A stretch of DNA of 16,619 bases from NCBI GenBank assembly GCA_040260805.1, contig JBDQPD010000076.1, positions 1 through 16,619 of the forward strand, read 5' to 3'. A model generated the notes under the pieces. It did no database searches and had not been told where the DNA came from. It saw only the letters and a list, made by a program, of their open reading frames with translations. The stretch comes from Myxococcota bacterium (GTDB lineage Bacteria > Myxococcota > UBA4151). Positions within the stretch are counted from its first letter, which is position 1; every line of letters starts with the position of its first letter. The translations under genes and the position numbers were made by a program. Positions 13,735 through 16,619 of this stretch are shown here, piece by piece.

Positions 13735-16152
13735 ATGCGTACCCTGAGCCTCGTTGCGCTCTCGCTGATCCTGACGACCCCTGCTTTGGCACAAGTTAAG
13801 CCAAAGCCCGCCTCCGAACGCTCGAAAAAGCGTCGCGCCAAGCGCGGGAAGTTTGAATTCAAGGAGCAGACCTACAAGCTCCCGAAACTGCTTCAGTTGA
13901 TGGGCGAGCTCACGCGCAAGAATTTCATCTTGGGCAAGGAACTCAACAACAAAGAGATCACCATTTATTGTCAGAGCCCGGTGACCATTACCGAAGCGTA
14001 TCGTGTCTTCGTGTCGGCATTAGCGGCGCACAAACTCAGCTTGGTTAAAGTGGGTCGGTTCTATCGCGTGGTCAAAGCTAAGGACGCGGTTAAGGGTCCG
14101 TCGCCGACCTTTATTGATGGGCGTATGAATGAGGTGCCGTATGACGAGCGCATGGTCACGGTGCTGCACAAGCTTCGCCACCTTGATGGGGACAACCTCC
14201 TTAAAGTGCTCAAGAAGATGGTCAGCTCGTCAGGGAGCGTCCAGATCGTTCCGCCGCGCCTGCTGTTGATCTCGGACTCGGCGATGAATGTTCATCGTTT
14301 GATGCGCTTAGTGAAACATCTCGATCAAGCCGGCGCGACGCACCAGATTCATTATTATGAGGCTCGTTTTGCGGACGCAGGCGATCTCGCCGCTAAGCTC
14401 GGAGAGGTCTTTACGGTCTTAGGCAAGAAGAAGAAGAAGGCGGGCAGCAAGTCGGAGATTTCGGCACCGAGTGATGTGGTGTTGCAGCAGGTTGTTGCGG
14501 ACGACCGGACCAATACCTTGATCATTGTCTCAGAGGCTGTCGCTTACGAGCGCGCCGTCCAGCTGCTCGACCGCCTTGATTTACCCACACCAGATGACGA
14601 GGGTGCAATTCACGTTCTGCGGCTCGAGAACGCTGATGCCAAAGAGTTGAGTGCCACCTTATCGGGCTTGATCTCTGGCTTGAGCAGCCAACGAAATCGC
14701 AAAGGAAAGAGCAAGGCGAAGAAGAAGAAGGCGGCTAGCGGTGTCTCGGCTGACGGTCTGTTTACCGGCGAGGTCAAGGTCAGCGCAGATGAAGCGACCA
14801 ACTCACTCGTGGTGGTGGCGAGCCGTAATGACCTTCGAGTATTGCAGCGGATCGTGAAGCGACTCGATTACCGACGACCTCAGGTCTTCGTCGAGGCTGC
14901 GTTCTTAGAGCTCTCGGTCAAAGAGGGCTCTGACATGGGCGCGAGTATGCACAGCGGTGTGACCGCCGAGGGGACCGACTGGGTTGACGCGTCCGAGAGC
15001 CCGTGGGTCGCTGGCGCGCTCGCCGGCGGCGCCGGGATTGTAGGTTCCACGACCGGGCAAGGGCTTCGGTCGATCTCGCCGGTAAGCGCTGCGGGTCTCT
15101 TGGGCTTAGTTGGGGCGTTTCAGGGCGTCTCGATTCCTGGGCTTGATGAGGCCTTTGGGGTTAAGTTGCCGACTTTTGGTGTGGTCTTTCAGGCGCTTAA
15201 AAGTACTACGGGCGTTGACGTCTTATCGACGCCGCATTTGCTGACCACGGACAACGAAGAAGCCGAGATCACCGTCGGTAAGAATGTACCCTTTGCCTCA
15301 AGCATGATGAGCGGATTGGGTAATCTCGCTAGCTTAGCGGGCGCTGCGGGTGGGAGCACGACGTCGGGCCTAGGGGCCTTGGGTGGCTTAGGGCTGCCGT
15401 CGATGTCGATTCAGCGACAAGATGTAGCGCTTAAACTCAAGATGACGCCTCACGTGACCAATACCGGTCAGGTGCGCATGGAGCTTGAAGCCGAGATCAG
15501 CGAACTTGGAGGGATTGAACCGACGACCAACTCGCCGATCACTACCCAGAGGAAGATTAAGACCGTCGTCGTCGCTGGCGACAGCCAAACGATCGTCATC
15601 GGTGGGTTGATGGGCGACCGAAAAACCGACTCCGTGACGAAGATCCCCTTGCTGGGTGATCTGCCTTTACTTGGAGCGCTCTTTCGCTCGAAAAAGACAG
15701 AGGTTGATAAGACCAACTTGTTGCTGGTCCTGACCCCTCATATCGTCACCAACGACGAGGACTTCGCACGGATTTTCGAGCGCAAGCTTGAAGAGCGTCG
15801 AGAGTACGCTCAGTTCATGAGTGAGCGCGCCAATAAGTTTAGGCCCACGATGAATTGGCAGCGCAAAGTAGGCCCCTTTGGTCGCCTCGATCGCGATCTG
15901 AATAGGCACCTTAAAGCCATTGAAAATGGTGGGCAGGGTAGCGAGGCAGAGGAGGTCTTGGGCGCGGACGTCACACCAACCGTGAAAGCCGCTACTGAAG
16001 CTGTAAAAAGCGAAGTTCAAGCCGAGTCAGCCGCTGAGCCGGCTGCAACCCAAGCTGAGGCTGAGCCCGCAGGAAAGCTCAAGACGGACAAGCCCGCCAA
16101 GGCTGATTCAGCGGCTCCGGCTGAGGCTAAATCGGCGAAAAAGAAGGACTGA
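13735..16152 (+). CDS. gspD: Type II secretion system secretin GspD
   Basis: Signal peptide ALA|Q. N-domain repeats (VADDRTNTLII, SADEATNSLVV). Secretin motifs LDYRRPQVFVEA, VLSTPHLLTTDNEEAEITVG, IVIGGLM, KIPLLGDLPLLGALFR and NLLLVLTPHIV. ATG 13735 is preferred over TTG 13729 on RBS spacing. Confidence 0.97.
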   Translation: MRTLSLVALSLILTTPALAQVKPKPASERSKKRRAKRGKFEFKEQTYKLPKLLQLMGELTRKNFILGKELNNKEITIYCQSPVTITEAYRVFVSALAAHKLSLVKVGRFYRVVKAKDAVKGPSPTFIDGRMNEVPYDERMVTVLHKLRHLDGDNLLKVLKKMVSSSGSVQIVPPRLLLISDSAMNVHRLMRLVKHLDQAGATHQIHYYEARFADAGDLAAKLGEVFTVLGKKKKKAGSKSEISAPSDVVLQQVVADDRTNTLIIVSEAVAYERAVQLLDRLDLPTPDDEGAIHVLRLENADAKELSATLSGLISGLSSQRNRKGKSKAKKKKAASGVSADGLFTGEVKVSADEATNSLVVVASRNDLRVLQRIVKRLDYRRPQVFVEAAFLELSVKEGSDMGASMHSGVTAEGTDWVDASESPWVAGALAGGAGIVGSTTGQGLRSISPVSAAGLLGLVGAFQGVSIPGLDEAFGVKLPTFGVVFQALKSTTGVDVLSTPHLLTTDNEEAEITVGKNVPFASSMMSGLGNLASLAGAAGGSTTSGLGALGGLGLPSMSIQRQDVALKLKMTPHVTNTGQVRMELEAEISELGGIEPTTNSPITTQRKIKTVVVAGDSQTIVIGGLMGDRKTDSVTKIPLLGDLPLLGALFRSKKTEVDKTNLLLVLTPHIVTNDEDFARIFERKLEERREYAQFMSERANKFRPTMNWQRKVGPFGRLDRDLNRHLKAIENGGQGSEAEEVLGADVTPTVKAATEAVKSEVQAESAAEPAATQAEAEPAGKLKTDKPAKADSAAPAEAKSAKKKD

Positions 16153-16154
16153 TC

Positions 16155-16619
16155 ATGCGCATCGGTGAACTTCTGATTCGTGATCACGGTGTCGCCGCCG
16201 AGGCGGTCGATGCGGCTCTTGAAGAGCAGCTCGAGCGCGGCGGACTGCTGGGTGAGTTGTTGCTTGGCGCAAAAGCTGTCGACGAGGCGGAGTTAGCAAA
16301 AGGTTTGGCGGAGCAAGCCGGATGTGGCTTTCGTTCGCAGATCGACGCCAACGCAATCCCTGATGAGCTGCTCGATCTGATCCCGCTGAGCTTCGCTCGG
16401 TCGCGGCAGGTCTTACCGCTTGAGGTGGACGAACAGGGCTCGGTGATCATCGTCTTGGCAGATCCCTACGATCTGTCGGTAGTCAGTGATTTGCAACTGA
16501 TGGTTCAGCGCCCGCTGGTCACCGAAGTCGCCACGCCCACCTTGATTACCGCCAGCGCCAACAGCGCCTATGATCGCGCCACTCGACTTGCTGAAGACGC
16601 CGCTGAGGGACTTGAAGAA
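16155..16619 (+). CDS. gspE: Type II secretion ATPase GspE, N-terminal part with MshEN domain (truncated by the window end)
   Basis: ATG 16155, 2 nt after the gspD stop, open to the window end for 155 codons: MRIGELLIRDHGV...LEEQLERGGLLGELLL...IPLSFARSRQVLPL...LADPYDL. Gene order is gspC-D-E. Not in the ORF track. Confidence 0.9.
   Translation, partial: MRIGELLIRDHGVAAEAVDAALEEQLERGGLLGELLLGAKAVDEAELAKGLAEQAGCGFRSQIDANAIPDELLDLIPLSFARSRQVLPLEVDEQGSVIIVLADPYDLSVVSDLQLMVQRPLVTEVATPTLITASANSAYDRATRLAEDAAEGLEE

Noticed and set aside
16153..16450. Minus-strand ORFs 16153-16356 and 16184-16450
   Set aside because: The + strand frame from ATG 16155 encodes a clear GspE N-terminus, so these are shadows.

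Overview
All convincing genes lie on the + strand, and the gene content points to a Myxococcota/Bdellovibrionota-like delta-proteobacterium (inferred from gene families; GC looks moderate by eye and was not computed). Block 1 (1-5566) holds the 3' end of a gene with a perfect 12-bp tandem repeat, then a small secreted GltF-like protein, a MotA/TolQ/ExbB gene, two ExbD/TolR genes (AglR/Q/S-like), a TonB-like GltG/PglI-type transducer, a coiled-coil protein and a stand-alone cNMP-binding protein. Block 2 (5694-10578) encodes an outer-membrane beta-barrel, a short OPX/Wza-like lipoprotein, an RmlA/SpsI-like nucleotidyltransferase and an ArnT-like GT-C glycosyltransferase. Block 3 (10651-12614) encodes a rhodanese lipoprotein and a GlpT/UhpT-type MFS transporter. 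Block 4 (12772-end) is a type II secretion operon, gspC-gspD-gspE (partial), behind a candidate sigma-54 promoter. The most notable observations are an ExbD paralogue lacking the canonical TM Asp and carrying an 8-Cys periplasmic region, a coiled-coil/cNMP module coupled to the motor genes, and an Agl/Glt-like motor placed directly upstream of an OPX/beta-barrel polysaccharide translocon with no co-polymerase in view. All family calls come from motif recognition, not database searches. No rRNA, tRNA, CRISPR or mobile element was seen.
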